From an uncultured Thermotogae bacterium (GTDB lineage Bacteria > Bipolaricaulota > Bipolaricaulia > UBA7950 > UBA9294), in the NCBI GenBank assembly GCA_964523545.1, contig CAZFZM010000003.1:1661-56639 (forward strand): a stretch of 54,979 nt of DNA, given 5' to 3'. Below are positions 37,267 through 47,886 of this stretch, one piece after another (positions within the stretch are counted from its first letter, which is position 1; every line of letters starts with the position of its first letter). The notes under the pieces are model-generated. The model worked only from the letters and a program-made list of their open reading frames with translations. It was not told the origin of the DNA and made no database searches. The translations under genes were made by a program, and so were the position numbers.

Positions 37267-38397
37267 ATGGCACGAGACACCGAGATCAGGGAGCGCCCGG
37301 ACCTCGAGGTCACCTTCGACGATTCGTTCGCGCACGTCATCACCGCGAGCCTCGCGATCGTCGCCACGGCCCCCACGTACGAGGGGCTCGATCAGTGGGT
37401 GTACGTCACGTTCGCCGCCCTGCCCGACGATCTGCGAAGAGACGTTCAGACGGTCTTCGATCCGGTCGGCGTCCCGCTGATCTTCAGGAAGCTGGCGTCC
37501 GAGCGTCCCGACATCCGAGACTTCACGTCGTTCATCGGCTGGTTGAGCGTCCTCGATGACGCGACCGTCCGGGAAACCGTGTCGCTCATCTTTCGCATTC
37601 TGGCACGGAAGGCGGCGGCGAAGGGCAGGACGAAGGAGATCATCGTCCCTGCGACGGACGACGAGAAGGGGGTTCGCGACTTCCTTAAGACGACCGGCTG
37701 CGAGTGGACCGATCTCGCTCACAAGGACAAGGAATCCTTCGATCAGCTCGTTCGGCTGCTGACGGACCCCGAACAGCTGAAATCGCGCCTCGTGTTCACG
37801 GTGACGCGGTTCTGGGAGAAGGCCTATCAGAAGGAATACGAGGAGACCCGCGGGCTGATCAGCCGGAGCATCGCCTACCACCGGCAAGCACGCTACCCCG
37901 AGGTCTTCAGCCAGGTCTACCTTGCGGTGACCGGAAAGGCGCTCTCCTCGATCGCCGAGCGCGCCTACGCCGCCGCGGGGCTCGAGACGCTGATCTTCGT
38001 TCCGAGTTGTCACACCGGGCCGTACGTGCGATTCGTTCCCCTCGATGAAGAGGGGAAGTCACTGCTGTTGATCTTCAACGCCCGACCTCAATCGGGAGGG
38101 GAGGACCACCCGCTGGCGTCGATCCGGTCGATCTTCCCGCCGCTGAAGGCGCTCGCCGACGAGACGCGTCTTGAGATCCTCGGGATCCTCGCCGACGGGG
38201 AGCTGTACGCGCAGCAGATCGTCGACCGCCTGGAGATCAGCCAGCCGGCGGTGTCGCGCCACCTGAGGCTGATGGTCGCCGGAGGGATCCTCACGGAGCG
38301 CAAAGAGAGCGGGATGAAATTCTATGGAATACGGACGGACACGTTGACGGAGCTGGCGAAACGAATGGCTGCCTTTACTGCATGGGGGAGCGACTAG
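37267..38397 (+). CDS. ArsR/SmtB-family regulator with large N-terminal domain
   Basis: C-terminal LKALADETRLEILGIL..ISQPAVSRHLRLM..G wHTH; LIFVPS.H.GPYV upstream; AGGAGG RBS. Confidence 0.85.
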   Translation: MARDTEIRERPDLEVTFDDSFAHVITASLAIVATAPTYEGLDQWVYVTFAALPDDLRRDVQTVFDPVGVPLIFRKLASERPDIRDFTSFIGWLSVLDDATVRETVSLIFRILARKAAAKGRTKEIIVPATDDEKGVRDFLKTTGCEWTDLAHKDKESFDQLVRLLTDPEQLKSRLVFTVTRFWEKAYQKEYEETRGLISRSIAYHRQARYPEVFSQVYLAVTGKALSSIAERAYAAAGLETLIFVPSCHTGPYVRFVPLDEEGKSLLLIFNARPQSGGEDHPLASIRSIFPPLKALADETRLEILGILADGELYAQQIVDRLEISQPAVSRHLRLMVAGGILTERKESGMKFYGIRTDTLTELAKRMAAFTAWGSD

Positions 38398-38828
38398 ACC
38401 CGACCCGATTGCGCCTTCAATCGGACGGCGATCGCTCCCCCTACCTCCTCCCTCGCGATAAACGGAAACAAGGTCGGAGGCCACGATGAATCATACAGCA
38501 CCGACGGTGCCCAGCGCGATCGGGTGTCCGCGACAGCGCCGCATGACTCCACCGTTCTCCGTCTTCGAGCCGTCCGGCGACGCGGCCGGTCCGTGCAGCG
38601 CACACGATGATGCCGATCTTGAGCGCGCCGATCTGTCCATGACGGCCACGGCAGACGGAGAAAGCCGCTCCGCCGAGCGCGGAGGGGACCCGAGGCGCCG
38701 ACGGGGTTCGCGTTCGTTCCCGTGTTGGCGGCGGCGGCGGCGTTGGATGGCCTCTCCGCCGCGCACGGGAACGTCGGAGACCGCGACCTCGAACCGCTAG
38801 AAAAACAACGCACGAAAGGAGAGTCGCC

Positions 38829-39776
38829 TTGTCTGAGACTCGGAAGATTCCGCTGACGCCGGAGCTCGTGGACGCAATCCGAGAGGCCGCGATCCGGCTC
38901 GAACAAGACGGTCGTTCGGCGGAGGCCGTCCGACTGCTGAAGCAGCTGCTCAAGGTCGGGAACTCCCACCTCCTGCCGGTCGAGAAAGCGCGCTTGTGGG
39001 CTGCCCTCGGTGGGATGGTCTGGAAGCAGGGGAGCGTGGCGAAGGCACGCGTCCTCGCAGTGGACGCCGTCAGGCTTGCCGAGGAATGCGGTTCTCCAGA
39101 GGCGCTGTCGGAGGCGCTGTGCTCACTCGGTGAAATCACCTACATCGAAGCCGCGTACATGGGGCGGGGCGAGCTCGCGGACGCGATGGCGCACCACCTT
39201 CGAGCGCTCGAGATCCGCCGGGAGACGGGAGACCGACGCGGCGAGTCGCTGTCCCTCTCCCGGATCGGGGTGATCCACGAGCGAATGGACCGGCACGACG
39301 AGGCCCAGGTCTGCTACGAGAAAGCGCTGAGGATCGCGGAGGAACTCGATTTTCCCGAGGGGATGAGCCGTCCGTTCGTTCACATCGGCGCGGCAAAGGA
39401 GCGAGCCGGCGACGTGCGCGGCGCGCTCGCCGACTACCGTCGAAGCGTCGCTGCGGTCCGAAGGGCCCACGACGTCCGCGCCCTCGCGTTCGATCTGTGC
39501 AACGTTGCGTCGACCGCCTTCCGCCTCGACGGTGAGTTGGAGCCGGCGCTCGAAATGCTTCGTGAGGCCCTCGAATTGGCGGAGGGGATGGAATTCAAGC
39601 TGGGGGAGCTTCGCGTCCACCAAGTGACCGGGGACGTCTACGCGGCGGCCGAACGAACGGAAGACGCCCGCCGCGAATACGTGGCCGCCATAGACATCGG
39701 TGACGCTGGTGGGCTCGCGCGATTCGCCGCGTTCGTTCGCGAGCGGCTCGCTGCGCTCGGATCCACGACCGAATAG
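38829..39776 (+). CDS. Tetratricopeptide-repeat protein
   Basis: Repeated A..H..RALEIRRETGDRRGE..SL..IG / YEKALRIAEEL motifs; TTG start after AAGGAGAG. Confidence 0.85.
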   Translation: MSETRKIPLTPELVDAIREAAIRLEQDGRSAEAVRLLKQLLKVGNSHLLPVEKARLWAALGGMVWKQGSVAKARVLAVDAVRLAEECGSPEALSEALCSLGEITYIEAAYMGRGELADAMAHHLRALEIRRETGDRRGESLSLSRIGVIHERMDRHDEAQVCYEKALRIAEELDFPEGMSRPFVHIGAAKERAGDVRGALADYRRSVAAVRRAHDVRALAFDLCNVASTAFRLDGELEPALEMLREALELAEGMEFKLGELRVHQVTGDVYAAAERTEDARREYVAAIDIGDAGGLARFAAFVRERLAALGSTTE

Positions 39777-40028
39777 CACAGCGCGGCAAGCGCCTCCCGA
39801 TCGACGAGGCATCGTCAGGCCGGCCGAGGAAGACCAGCGGGCTACCTGGAGGAAAGGAGCAGGCGTGCGGACCAGCGTACGGCGGACAGGATTCAACGGG
39901 TTTATCGTCGACCGGTCGGGACAGCTCGTCTCGACGACCGGCGCGCTGAGGACCTCGCTCGCTCTGACGTTCTGGGCGTTCGACACAGGCGTGACCGGCA
40001 GCAAAACGGCCTCGGCGGAGGCGATGAG

Positions 40029-41375
40029 ATGATGCCCGCGCCGCGAAATCCCAACGGGGACGGGCTCGGTCGTTTCGTCTTCATCTGGTCCGGTCAATTC
40101 CTCTCCCAAGTCGGAACGTTGACGACGTCCCTGGCTCTGATCTTCTGGGCCTACGACCTGACAGGGCGGGCGACCGAGCTGGCGCTGATGGCCTTCTTCA
40201 CCCTCGGCCCCCGCGTCCTCTTCGGCCCGCTTGCCGGAGCGCTGATCGACCGCTGGAAGCGGAAGACGGTGTTGCTCCTCTGTGACACGTTGGCCGGCCT
40301 GGTCTCCGCACTGATTTTGGTGCTGCTCGTCTCGGGGAGCCTGCAAATCTGGCACCTGTACATGCTGACGTTCTTCACCGGGCTGTTCTCCGTCTTCCAG
40401 GAGCCCGCCTTCCTCGCCTCGGCGACGATGATGGTCCCCAGCCGCCACTACGGTCGAACGGGGGGGCTGACGTCGCTGTTGACCCACGCGTCCGCCATCC
40501 TCGCCCCTGCGTTCGCCGGTGTCCTGCTCCCGTTGATCGGCCTCAGGGGCATCCTGTTCGTGGACATCGGCACGTTCCTGTTTGCGACGCTCACGCTTTT
40601 GCTCATCGAGATTCCGGAGCCGAAGCGTACTGACGGTGTAAGCAGCCTGTCGGTCCGGCAGCTGTTCCGGGATGTGGGCGACGGATTCCGCTACCTGCTC
40701 GACGAACGGAGCCTGCTGATGATCCTGCTGATCTTCGCGTCGACGAACTTCTTCGGAAGCGCATACTCCACGCTCTACCGGGCCATGCTCCTGGCGAAAA
40801 CGGGCGGGAGTGAGGGGATCGTCGTCACGGTTCAGCTGCTGATTGGTGTAGGGGGGACGGCCGGAGCTCTGTTCGTCAGCTTCTTCGGCAGCCCCAAGCG
40901 AAAGGTCTACGCGGTCATGCTCGGCTACGCAGTCGGCGGCCTCTTCCGCGCCCTCTTCGGCGTCAACCTCGGGATCCCGTTCATCGCGACGTTCGGACTA
41001 CTGACGACGTTCTTCATGGCCTATGCGGGCAGCTGCAGCAACGCGATGTGGCAGTCGAAGGTCCCTCCGGCGATGCAGGGACGCGTGCTGGCGACACGCC
41101 TCGCGCTGGCAGGAACGATCTCACTCGTCACTCGACTCATCGCCGGGCCGCTCGCCGATCACGTCTTCGAGCCGGCCATGCGGGCAGGAGGGAGCTGGGT
41201 CGACACCTTCGGCTGGCTGGTTGGAACCGGCCCTGGTGCCGGCATGGGGCTGTACATCGTGCTGAGCTGTGCCATCGGCGTGTGCGTGTTGCTCTGGGGG
41301 TTCTCGAGGCGATCCATTCGACAGCTGGACGTTCTCATTCCGGATCACGCTGCACAACCATCCTATGGGAGGTAG
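40029..41375 (+). CDS. MFS transporter (DHA3/MefA-like efflux)
   Basis: IWSGQFLS..G, AGALIDRWKRK, 12 TMs, QSKVPPAMQGRV. Confidence 0.9.
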   Translation: MMPAPRNPNGDGLGRFVFIWSGQFLSQVGTLTTSLALIFWAYDLTGRATELALMAFFTLGPRVLFGPLAGALIDRWKRKTVLLLCDTLAGLVSALILVLLVSGSLQIWHLYMLTFFTGLFSVFQEPAFLASATMMVPSRHYGRTGGLTSLLTHASAILAPAFAGVLLPLIGLRGILFVDIGTFLFATLTLLLIEIPEPKRTDGVSSLSVRQLFRDVGDGFRYLLDERSLLMILLIFASTNFFGSAYSTLYRAMLLAKTGGSEGIVVTVQLLIGVGGTAGALFVSFFGSPKRKVYAVMLGYAVGGLFRALFGVNLGIPFIATFGLLTTFFMAYAGSCSNAMWQSKVPPAMQGRVLATRLALAGTISLVTRLIAGPLADHVFEPAMRAGGSWVDTFGWLVGTGPGAGMGLYIVLSCAIGVCVLLWGFSRRSIRQLDVLIPDHAAQPSYGR

Positions 41376-41378
41376 GAG

Positions 41379-42374
41379 ATGGAATACCGAAGCCTAGGAC
41401 GAACCGGCGTGCAGGTCAGCCCGCTCTGCTTGGGGACGATGAATTTCGGCGATCGTACGCCGGAAGAGGAATCGACGCGGATCCTCGACCGCGCGATCGA
41501 GGCGGGAATCAACTTCGTCGATACGGCCGACTACTACGGACAGGTGTTGGACGACGGAGCCGGCATGGGACACACCGAGGAGCGGCTCGGCCGATACTTC
41601 GCCAAGACCGGCCACCGGGACTGGGTCGTGCTGGCGACGAAGTTCTTCTTCCCGACGGACTGGAATGATCCGAACGCCCGCGGCGGCAGCCGGCGGCACG
41701 TGATTCGGGCGTGCGAAGACTCATTGCGCCGCTTGCAGACCGGCTGGATCGACCTGTACCAGATGCACGCGCCGGATCCTGGCGGTGTGCCGATCGACGA
41801 GACACTTCGGGCCCTCGACGATCTCGTTCGGTCGGGGAAGGTCCGTTACATCGGGACCTCTCACTTCTCCGCGTGGCAGATCGTCGAAGCACTGTGGGCG
41901 TCGAAGGAGCTGTGTCTCAATCGGTTCGTCTCGGAACAGGAGAAGTACAACGTACTGCGCCGGCGGATCGAGGCGGAGCTCCTTCCGATGGCAAGCAAGC
42001 ACGAGATCGCGATTCTGGCGTACCAGCCGCTGGGAGCCGGCGTGCTTTCCGGGAAGTACCTGCGAGGAGAGAAGCCCGAGGCGGGATCGCGTTTCGCCGA
42101 CCCGTCTTGGTCCGGATACCGAGCCTACCTGACCGAGCACGGACTCGACGTCGTCGACGTCCTGACGGGGATCGCCGCGTCGAAGGGCTGTACCGTCAGC
42201 CAGCTGGCGACAGCGTGGTCACTGCATCGCTCGGAGATCACCAGCATCATCATCGGCCCGAGGACCGTTGAGCACCTGGAGGACTCACTCGGGGCGCTCG
42301 ATGTCGAGTGGACTGAGGAGGAGCTCGCCCGGATCGACGATGTCGCCCCGGGGCCGAACCAGCAACCACACTAG
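41379..42374 (+). CDS. Aldo/keto reductase
   Basis: LGRTGVQVSPLCLGTMNFG, DTADYY, LATK, IDLYQMH, GKVRYIG. Confidence 0.95.
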   Translation: MEYRSLGRTGVQVSPLCLGTMNFGDRTPEEESTRILDRAIEAGINFVDTADYYGQVLDDGAGMGHTEERLGRYFAKTGHRDWVVLATKFFFPTDWNDPNARGGSRRHVIRACEDSLRRLQTGWIDLYQMHAPDPGGVPIDETLRALDDLVRSGKVRYIGTSHFSAWQIVEALWASKELCLNRFVSEQEKYNVLRRRIEAELLPMASKHEIAILAYQPLGAGVLSGKYLRGEKPEAGSRFADPSWSGYRAYLTEHGLDVVDVLTGIAASKGCTVSQLATAWSLHRSEITSIIIGPRTVEHLEDSLGALDVEWTEEELARIDDVAPGPNQQPH

Positions 42375-42382
42375 GAGGGATC

Positions 42383-43387
42383 TTGTCTACGAAAAGACTT
42401 GGCAGAAGCGGCATCGAAGTGAGCGCACTCGGCATGGGCTGCTGGGCGATCGGCGGCCTGTGGAGCATCCTTCACGAGGACGAGCCGAGCGCCGCCAGCT
42501 GGGGGGAGGTCGACGACGCGGAATCGATCCGGACCATCCACGCCGCGCTCGACGCGGGCGTCACGTTTTTCGACACCGCCGCCAACTACGGCTGCGGGCA
42601 CAGCGAGCGAATTCTCGGAAAGGCGCTCGGCGATCGCCGAAAGGACGTCGTCATCGCGACCAAGTTCGGACACATCATCGATGAAGAGACGAAGATCATG
42701 CGCGGCGACGACGACGCGATCGTCGCCAACCTGCGGCAGGACTGCGAGAACAGCCTCCGGCGGCTGGGGACGGAAACCATCGACCTCTATCAGCTGCACG
42801 CGGGCAACCTCGATCCGGAGAAGGCCGTACCGGTTCGCGAGCTGCTCGAGGACCTCGTCGCGGAGGGAAAGATCCGCGCCTACGGGTGGAGCACCGATCA
42901 CGTCGATCGCGCGGAAGTGTTCGCCGAGGGCGAGCATTGCGCGTCGATCCAGTTTTCGCTCAGCGCACTCAACGACAACGCCGAGATGCTCGCGCTTTGC
43001 GAAGCGAACGGCCTCGCCTGCGTCAACAAGAAGCCGCTGGCGAGCGGCATCCTGACAGGCAAGTTCACCTCGGAGACGACGTTCCCCGAGAACGACTTCC
43101 GCAATCAGATCGACTTCAAGGATCCGCGGTGGGTCGGAACGCTGAGGATGGTCGACGGACTCCGCGACGTCCTGACGAGCGGTGGAAGGACGCTCGCGCA
43201 AGGAGCGCTGGCGTGGATCTGGGCGCGCTCCGACCGAACGATCCCGATCCCGGGCGCGCGCAGAGAGAAGCAGGTGAAGGAGAACGCCGGAGCGATGGTG
43301 CACGGCCCGCTCACACCGGCCGAGTTCGAAGAGGCGAACCGTATCGTCGCCGAGATCCGCGAGGAGCTGACGAGCGAGGCCGACTGA
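42383..43387 (+). CDS. Aldo/keto reductase
   Basis: LGRSGIEVSALGMG, DTAANYG.GHSE, IATKFG, IDLYQLH, PIPG. Confidence 0.95.
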   Translation: MSTKRLGRSGIEVSALGMGCWAIGGLWSILHEDEPSAASWGEVDDAESIRTIHAALDAGVTFFDTAANYGCGHSERILGKALGDRRKDVVIATKFGHIIDEETKIMRGDDDAIVANLRQDCENSLRRLGTETIDLYQLHAGNLDPEKAVPVRELLEDLVAEGKIRAYGWSTDHVDRAEVFAEGEHCASIQFSLSALNDNAEMLALCEANGLACVNKKPLASGILTGKFTSETTFPENDFRNQIDFKDPRWVGTLRMVDGLRDVLTSGGRTLAQGALAWIWARSDRTIPIPGARREKQVKENAGAMVHGPLTPAEFEEANRIVAEIREELTSEAD

Positions 43388-43412
43388 GGCAAGTCGGAAG
43401 GAGATCCCGACC

Positions 43413-44396
43413 GTGACGATCCCGAGAGAGATCTGGACCGAGCTGCAGCGGGCGGAGACGCTCCTGTTTCACGCCGCCGCCTTCCGTCATCCGAAGGCGC
43501 TCCGCGCGCTCTTCGACGGATTCGAGGTCGGGGGTCCGGCGCGGAATCTGCTCATCCGTGCCGGAAGCGGGTTCCCGGCGAACGCGCTTCGGGCGGAGGA
43601 CTACTTCGCTCGGTATCCGTTCTCCAGCGTCGAGGGGATCCGGGCCGTTTTCGAGGAGCTCGTCGAGTCCGGCGTTGCCGAAGACGTCGCGAACGACGCG
43701 TTCGCCCTCACGGAACGCGGCGTTCGGCTCGTCGAGACGTGGATGAATCGGGTCGCGGCGATGATGACCGACCTCGACACGGGCGATGTGACGTCGTTGG
43801 ACGTGGACGAGCTGCTCGCGTTCGACCGTCGGATCGTGGAATCGCTGCAGGCAAGCGATCGGATGCGCGAATCATCCGTCCTGTCGTACCGCCTCCGCGG
43901 CGTGCGCCCGGACTACACCGTCCCCGCACTCTGGCACCACTGGCAGAGGGTCTGGACGATCCTCGCCGCGAGCGAAGACGAGGAGGAACACGTCAGGAGA
44001 CGTCGCGACGTCGATCCGATGGTCTGGTTCGTCCGGCGGCAACTGTGGTTCGTCCATCGTCGTTCGTGGCGCGCACACGCGCGGACGACGCTCGATGGGC
44101 TCGCGGCCAGAGCCACGGGATACGCCCCCGTAGAAGACGCTGAGGAGACCTGCACGCCGGCCCTCGCTTGGCTGGTAGAGCGCGGCGAGGTGGTGGAATC
44201 CGCGGACGGGCTCCGACTGACCCCGACTGGACTGGCGACGTGTGATGGGGACGAGTTGGAGATCGACACGAACCTGCTGGCGCGGTGGCCGGCGTGGGGC
44301 GAAGAGGAAGTCGAACGTCTTCAGGGGCTCGTCGACCGACTGAACCGGCGGTTCCTGGAGCTCATGCGAACTGGCCAAGGAGGTACGAACGAATGA
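43413..44396 (+). CDS. Hypothetical protein with two winged-helix-like segments (paralog of 53028..54005)
   Basis: ELVESGV..FALTERG and LVERGEV..LRLTPTG; shares EDY..RYPFSS and WHHWQ..WT with paralog; ATGA overlap with next gene. Confidence 0.75.
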   Translation: MTIPREIWTELQRAETLLFHAAAFRHPKALRALFDGFEVGGPARNLLIRAGSGFPANALRAEDYFARYPFSSVEGIRAVFEELVESGVAEDVANDAFALTERGVRLVETWMNRVAAMMTDLDTGDVTSLDVDELLAFDRRIVESLQASDRMRESSVLSYRLRGVRPDYTVPALWHHWQRVWTILAASEDEEEHVRRRRDVDPMVWFVRRQLWFVHRRSWRAHARTTLDGLAARATGYAPVEDAEETCTPALAWLVERGEVVESADGLRLTPTGLATCDGDELEIDTNLLARWPAWGEEEVERLQGLVDRLNRRFLELMRTGQGGTNE

Positions 44397-45403
44397 AGAA
44401 CCGAATCCTCGGCCGCAGCGGCATCGAGGTGAGTCCGATGGGGCTCGGCGGACTGCCGATCGGCGGGATGTTCTGGAGGACCGACTACGACTCCGTCCCC
44501 TGGCAGACGGACCGGTCGAAGCCGTTCCCGGGTGGATGGGGGCCGGTCGACGATGACGAATCGATCCGGGCGATCCGCGCCGGGTTGGACTTGGGGGTCA
44601 ACCTGATCGACACGTCGAGCTCGTACGGATGCGGTCACAGCGAACGGATCATCGGCGAAGCGATCGCAGGGCGACGGCACGACGTCGTGATCTCGACGAA
44701 GTTCGGCAACGAAATCGGCGAGGAGAAGAAGGTCTACATCGGCCACGACGTACGCCCGGATTCGATCCGCGCTTCGTGCGAGGGGAGCCTCCGCCGGCTG
44801 AACAGGGAGACCATCGACGTGTTTCTCCTCCACTGGAGCGGGTACGACGGGGATCCTGAACCGATCGTCGAGGTGCTCGAGGATCTCGTCACGGCTGGCA
44901 AGATCCGAACGTACGGGTGGAGCAACAACGAGGTAGACAAGATGGAGGGCTTCACGGTGCACGAGAACTTCTCGGTCGTCGAGTTCCCTCACTCGGTCTT
45001 CCAGAGGACGCCCGCGATGCTCGCGCTCTGCGAGACGCAGGACATCGGTGCGCTGATTCGAAGCCCACTGGGAATGGGCCTGTTGACGGGTAAGTTCAAT
45101 GCCGACACGACGTTTCCCGAGGACGACATCCGGCGAGGATGGAACATGAGGGAAGGTCGGATGGCCGAGCTGCTGAAGGCCGTCGAGGGGATCCGCGACG
45201 TGTTGACGAGCGGCGGCCGAACGCTGGCTCAAGGGGCGCTGGCGTGGATCTGGGCGCAGTCGGATCGGGCGGTCCCGATTCCGGGATTCAAGACCGTGGC
45301 GCAGGTGACAGAGAACGCCAAGGCGATGGAGATCGGACCGCTGAGCGCGGCACAGGTCGAGGAGATCGAACGGCTGTTGGCGCCAGAGGAGGACGATGGC
45401 TGA
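44393..45403 (+). CDS. Aldo/keto reductase
   Basis: LGRSGIEVSPMGLG, DTSSSYG.GHSE, ISTKFG, IDVFLLH, PIPGFK. Confidence 0.95.
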   Translation: MKNRILGRSGIEVSPMGLGGLPIGGMFWRTDYDSVPWQTDRSKPFPGGWGPVDDDESIRAIRAGLDLGVNLIDTSSSYGCGHSERIIGEAIAGRRHDVVISTKFGNEIGEEKKVYIGHDVRPDSIRASCEGSLRRLNRETIDVFLLHWSGYDGDPEPIVEVLEDLVTAGKIRTYGWSNNEVDKMEGFTVHENFSVVEFPHSVFQRTPAMLALCETQDIGALIRSPLGMGLLTGKFNADTTFPEDDIRRGWNMREGRMAELLKAVEGIRDVLTSGGRTLAQGALAWIWAQSDRAVPIPGFKTVAQVTENAKAMEIGPLSAAQVEEIERLLAPEEDDG

Positions 45404-45650
45404 GCAACGAGCGATCAGGACCGAGCGATATGTTGGCGCGGCCACGGGAGAGGTTCGCCGCACGATCAGCTGAGACGGACAATCGCCGCCGTGAGGAGCG
45501 GGGCCTAGAGAGGAGATGCGATCCAAGCGAATATCACGGTGGGATTCTGTACGTTGATCGAACTCGACAGGACGTCGGCGTGCCGCGTTGATCCCAGAAA
45601 CGTCGAACAGTTCGGGAAGGCGTGAGGACAGACTACACGGAGGTGGCAGG

Positions 45651-47534
45651 ATGGCAAACGGATACTGCGGGAAGGTTCTGTACGTCGATCTGACGACGGG
45701 GACGACCGAGGTGGAAGAACCGACCGAGGACCACTATCGGATGTACCTCGGCGGTTGGGGGTTCATCGCGCACGAACTGCTGAAGCGGGCGCCGAAGGGC
45801 GTCGATCCGTTCGCACCGGAGAACCCGCTCATTTTCGCGACCGGCGTTGCGTCCGGGACGCCGATCCCCGGCAGCGGTCGGCACGCCGTCGGCGCCAAGT
45901 CGCCGTTGACCGGCGCCTTCGGCGAGGCCGACGTCGGCGGGTTCTGGAGCGCCGAGCTGAAGCGGGCCGGCTTCGACGCGATCGTCGTCACGGGGGCGGC
46001 CGAGAGCCCGGCCTACCTGTGGATCAAGGACGGAGAGGCGGAGATCCGAGACGCCGGGGACCTCTGGGGCAAGAAGACGGCCGAGGTCCAGGCAGCGATC
46101 CGGTCGGAGCACGGCGACGACAAGATCCGCGTCATCCAGTGCGGGATCGCCGGCGAAAACCTCGTCCGATTCGCCTGCGTGATCAGCGACGCCAATCGGG
46201 CCGCCGGGCGGACCGGCCTCGGCGCGGTGATGGGATCGAAGAAGCTTAGGGCCGTCGCGGTGCGCGGGACAGGTGACGTCGAGGTCGCCGACTCCGACGG
46301 CACGAGGGAGGTCGTCGACTACGTCGTCGGTCTTCGGGAGCGTTGGGCCAACTTCCACGAGCACGGGACCGGCGGCGGGATCGTGCAGATGGACGAGGTC
46401 GGCCGGCTGCCGACGCGGAACTTCCGTGAGGGGAAGTTCGAGGGGGCGGAGAAGATCGCTGGCACGACGATGACCGAGCGATTCCTCATCGACCGGGACA
46501 CGTGCCACGCTTGCCCGATCGCGTGTAAACGGGTCGTCAAGGTAGACGGTGAGTACACGGTCGATCCGGTCTACGGAGGACCGGAGTACGAGAGCCTCGC
46601 GTCGCTCGGATCGATCTGCGGCGTCGACAACCTCGAGGCGGTCATCTACGCCAACCAGCTGTGCAACGCCTACGGGCTCGACACGATCTCCACCGGCGTG
46701 ACGATCGGCTGGGCGATGGAGTGCTTCGAGCGCGGGCTGCTGCCGGCCGAGGAGACCGGCGAGCTGGAGCCGCGCTTCGGCGATCATCAGGCGATGACCC
46801 GGCTCGTCGAGCAAATCGCGCGGCGGGAAGGGCTCGGCGATCTCCTGGCGGAGGGCTCGCTCCGCGCGGCGAGGAAGATTGGTCAGGGAAGCGAGGGTTT
46901 CGCGGTCCAAGCGAAGGGCCAGGAGTACCCCATGCACGATCCCCGGTGGCAGTTCGGGCTCGGGGTCGGGTACGCCACGTCGCCGACCGGCGCGGACCAC
47001 ATGCACAACTTCCACGATTCCGGCCTGGCCTCGGAGGCCGGTGCCAACCGAATGAAGTCGTTCGGGGTCTTCACCGAGCCGTTGGAGCGAACGACGTTGC
47101 CCGCGGTGAAGCCGGTCCTCGCGGCGACGGTGATCCGAGCGCAGGTGATGAACAATTGCGTCGGCGTCTGCATGTTCCTGCCGTATCGGCTGTCGCACTT
47201 CCGTCAGATCGTCACCGCGGTCACTGGCTGGGACGTGACCGACATCGAGTTGCTACGGGTCGGGGAACGGGCGCTCGCGTTGGCGCGCCTGTACAACGCA
47301 CGTGAGGGGCTCGCGCCGGAGGACGATACCCATCACCCCCGGTTCACCGAGCCGCTGATGCTGGCCGGAGAGGAGGGCGCGTCGATCTCCGAGGCGCAGA
47401 TGCGGGAGGCGGTCGATCTCTACTACGAGCTGCAGGGATGGGATCGGCAGACCGGGGCACCGACGCGCGCCAAGCTGCTCGAGCTCAGCCTCGACTGGGC
47501 CGTCGACGCGTTGGACGAGATCAAAGCGGGCTGA
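45651..47534 (+). CDS. aor: Aldehyde:ferredoxin oxidoreductase (W/Mo-bis-pterin AOR family)
   Basis: GYCGKVLYVDLT, KSPLTG, GRTGLGAVMGSKKLRA, CHACPIAC, GPEYE, GLDTISTG, EGS, HDPR. Confidence 0.95.
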   Translation: MANGYCGKVLYVDLTTGTTEVEEPTEDHYRMYLGGWGFIAHELLKRAPKGVDPFAPENPLIFATGVASGTPIPGSGRHAVGAKSPLTGAFGEADVGGFWSAELKRAGFDAIVVTGAAESPAYLWIKDGEAEIRDAGDLWGKKTAEVQAAIRSEHGDDKIRVIQCGIAGENLVRFACVISDANRAAGRTGLGAVMGSKKLRAVAVRGTGDVEVADSDGTREVVDYVVGLRERWANFHEHGTGGGIVQMDEVGRLPTRNFREGKFEGAEKIAGTTMTERFLIDRDTCHACPIACKRVVKVDGEYTVDPVYGGPEYESLASLGSICGVDNLEAVIYANQLCNAYGLDTISTGVTIGWAMECFERGLLPAEETGELEPRFGDHQAMTRLVEQIARREGLGDLLAEGSLRAARKIGQGSEGFAVQAKGQEYPMHDPRWQFGLGVGYATSPTGADHMHNFHDSGLASEAGANRMKSFGVFTEPLERTTLPAVKPVLAATVIRAQVMNNCVGVCMFLPYRLSHFRQIVTAVTGWDVTDIELLRVGERALALARLYNAREGLAPEDDTHHPRFTEPLMLAGEEGASISEAQMREAVDLYYELQGWDRQTGAPTRAKLLELSLDWAVDALDEIKAG

Positions 47535-47553
47535 TCGAAAGGAAGGAGGAGGC

Positions 47554-47877
47554 ATGCCGAAGATTAAGATCACGGTCGTGAAGCGGGTCGCCCACATGGA
47601 TTTGCTCGATGAGCACCTCAACCGGGACGATTTCCCGCAGGCCTACGGCCCGTGCGAGATCATGAGGGAAGGACAGACGTTCGTCATCGACGGCGTCTTT
47701 CCGCGCAAGCCGGACGACTTCAACTGCCAAGGCGCATGGAACGACATTCAGCGGAACCTCGCTTCGATCATGTATGGAGGGAACCTGCCGTGGATCGTGC
47801 AGCCGGGCACCGTTGTCGCCTCGTGCAGCGACGGCCTCCGTCCGGTGTCGTTCAGGATCGAGCGGATCGAGGAGTGA
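47554..47877 (+). CDS. TIGR04076-family protein
   Basis: KIKITVVKR, GPC..REGQTF, FNCQGAW, SCSDGLRPVSFRIERIE; AGGAGG RBS. Confidence 0.85.
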   Translation: MPKIKITVVKRVAHMDLLDEHLNRDDFPQAYGPCEIMREGQTFVIDGVFPRKPDDFNCQGAWNDIQRNLASIMYGGNLPWIVQPGTVVASCSDGLRPVSFRIERIEE

Positions 47878-47886
47878 GGGGATCGG

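Noticed and set aside
38405-38424. Hairpin CCGATTG-N6-CAATCGG after arsR as an intrinsic terminator
   Set aside because: 7-bp stem without a U-tract
38486-38800. 104-aa ORF with a GGAGG RBS, containing a (GGC)5 run
   Set aside because: Low-complexity product with no recognisable family; cannot be supported, although the RBS leaves a small or decayed gene possible
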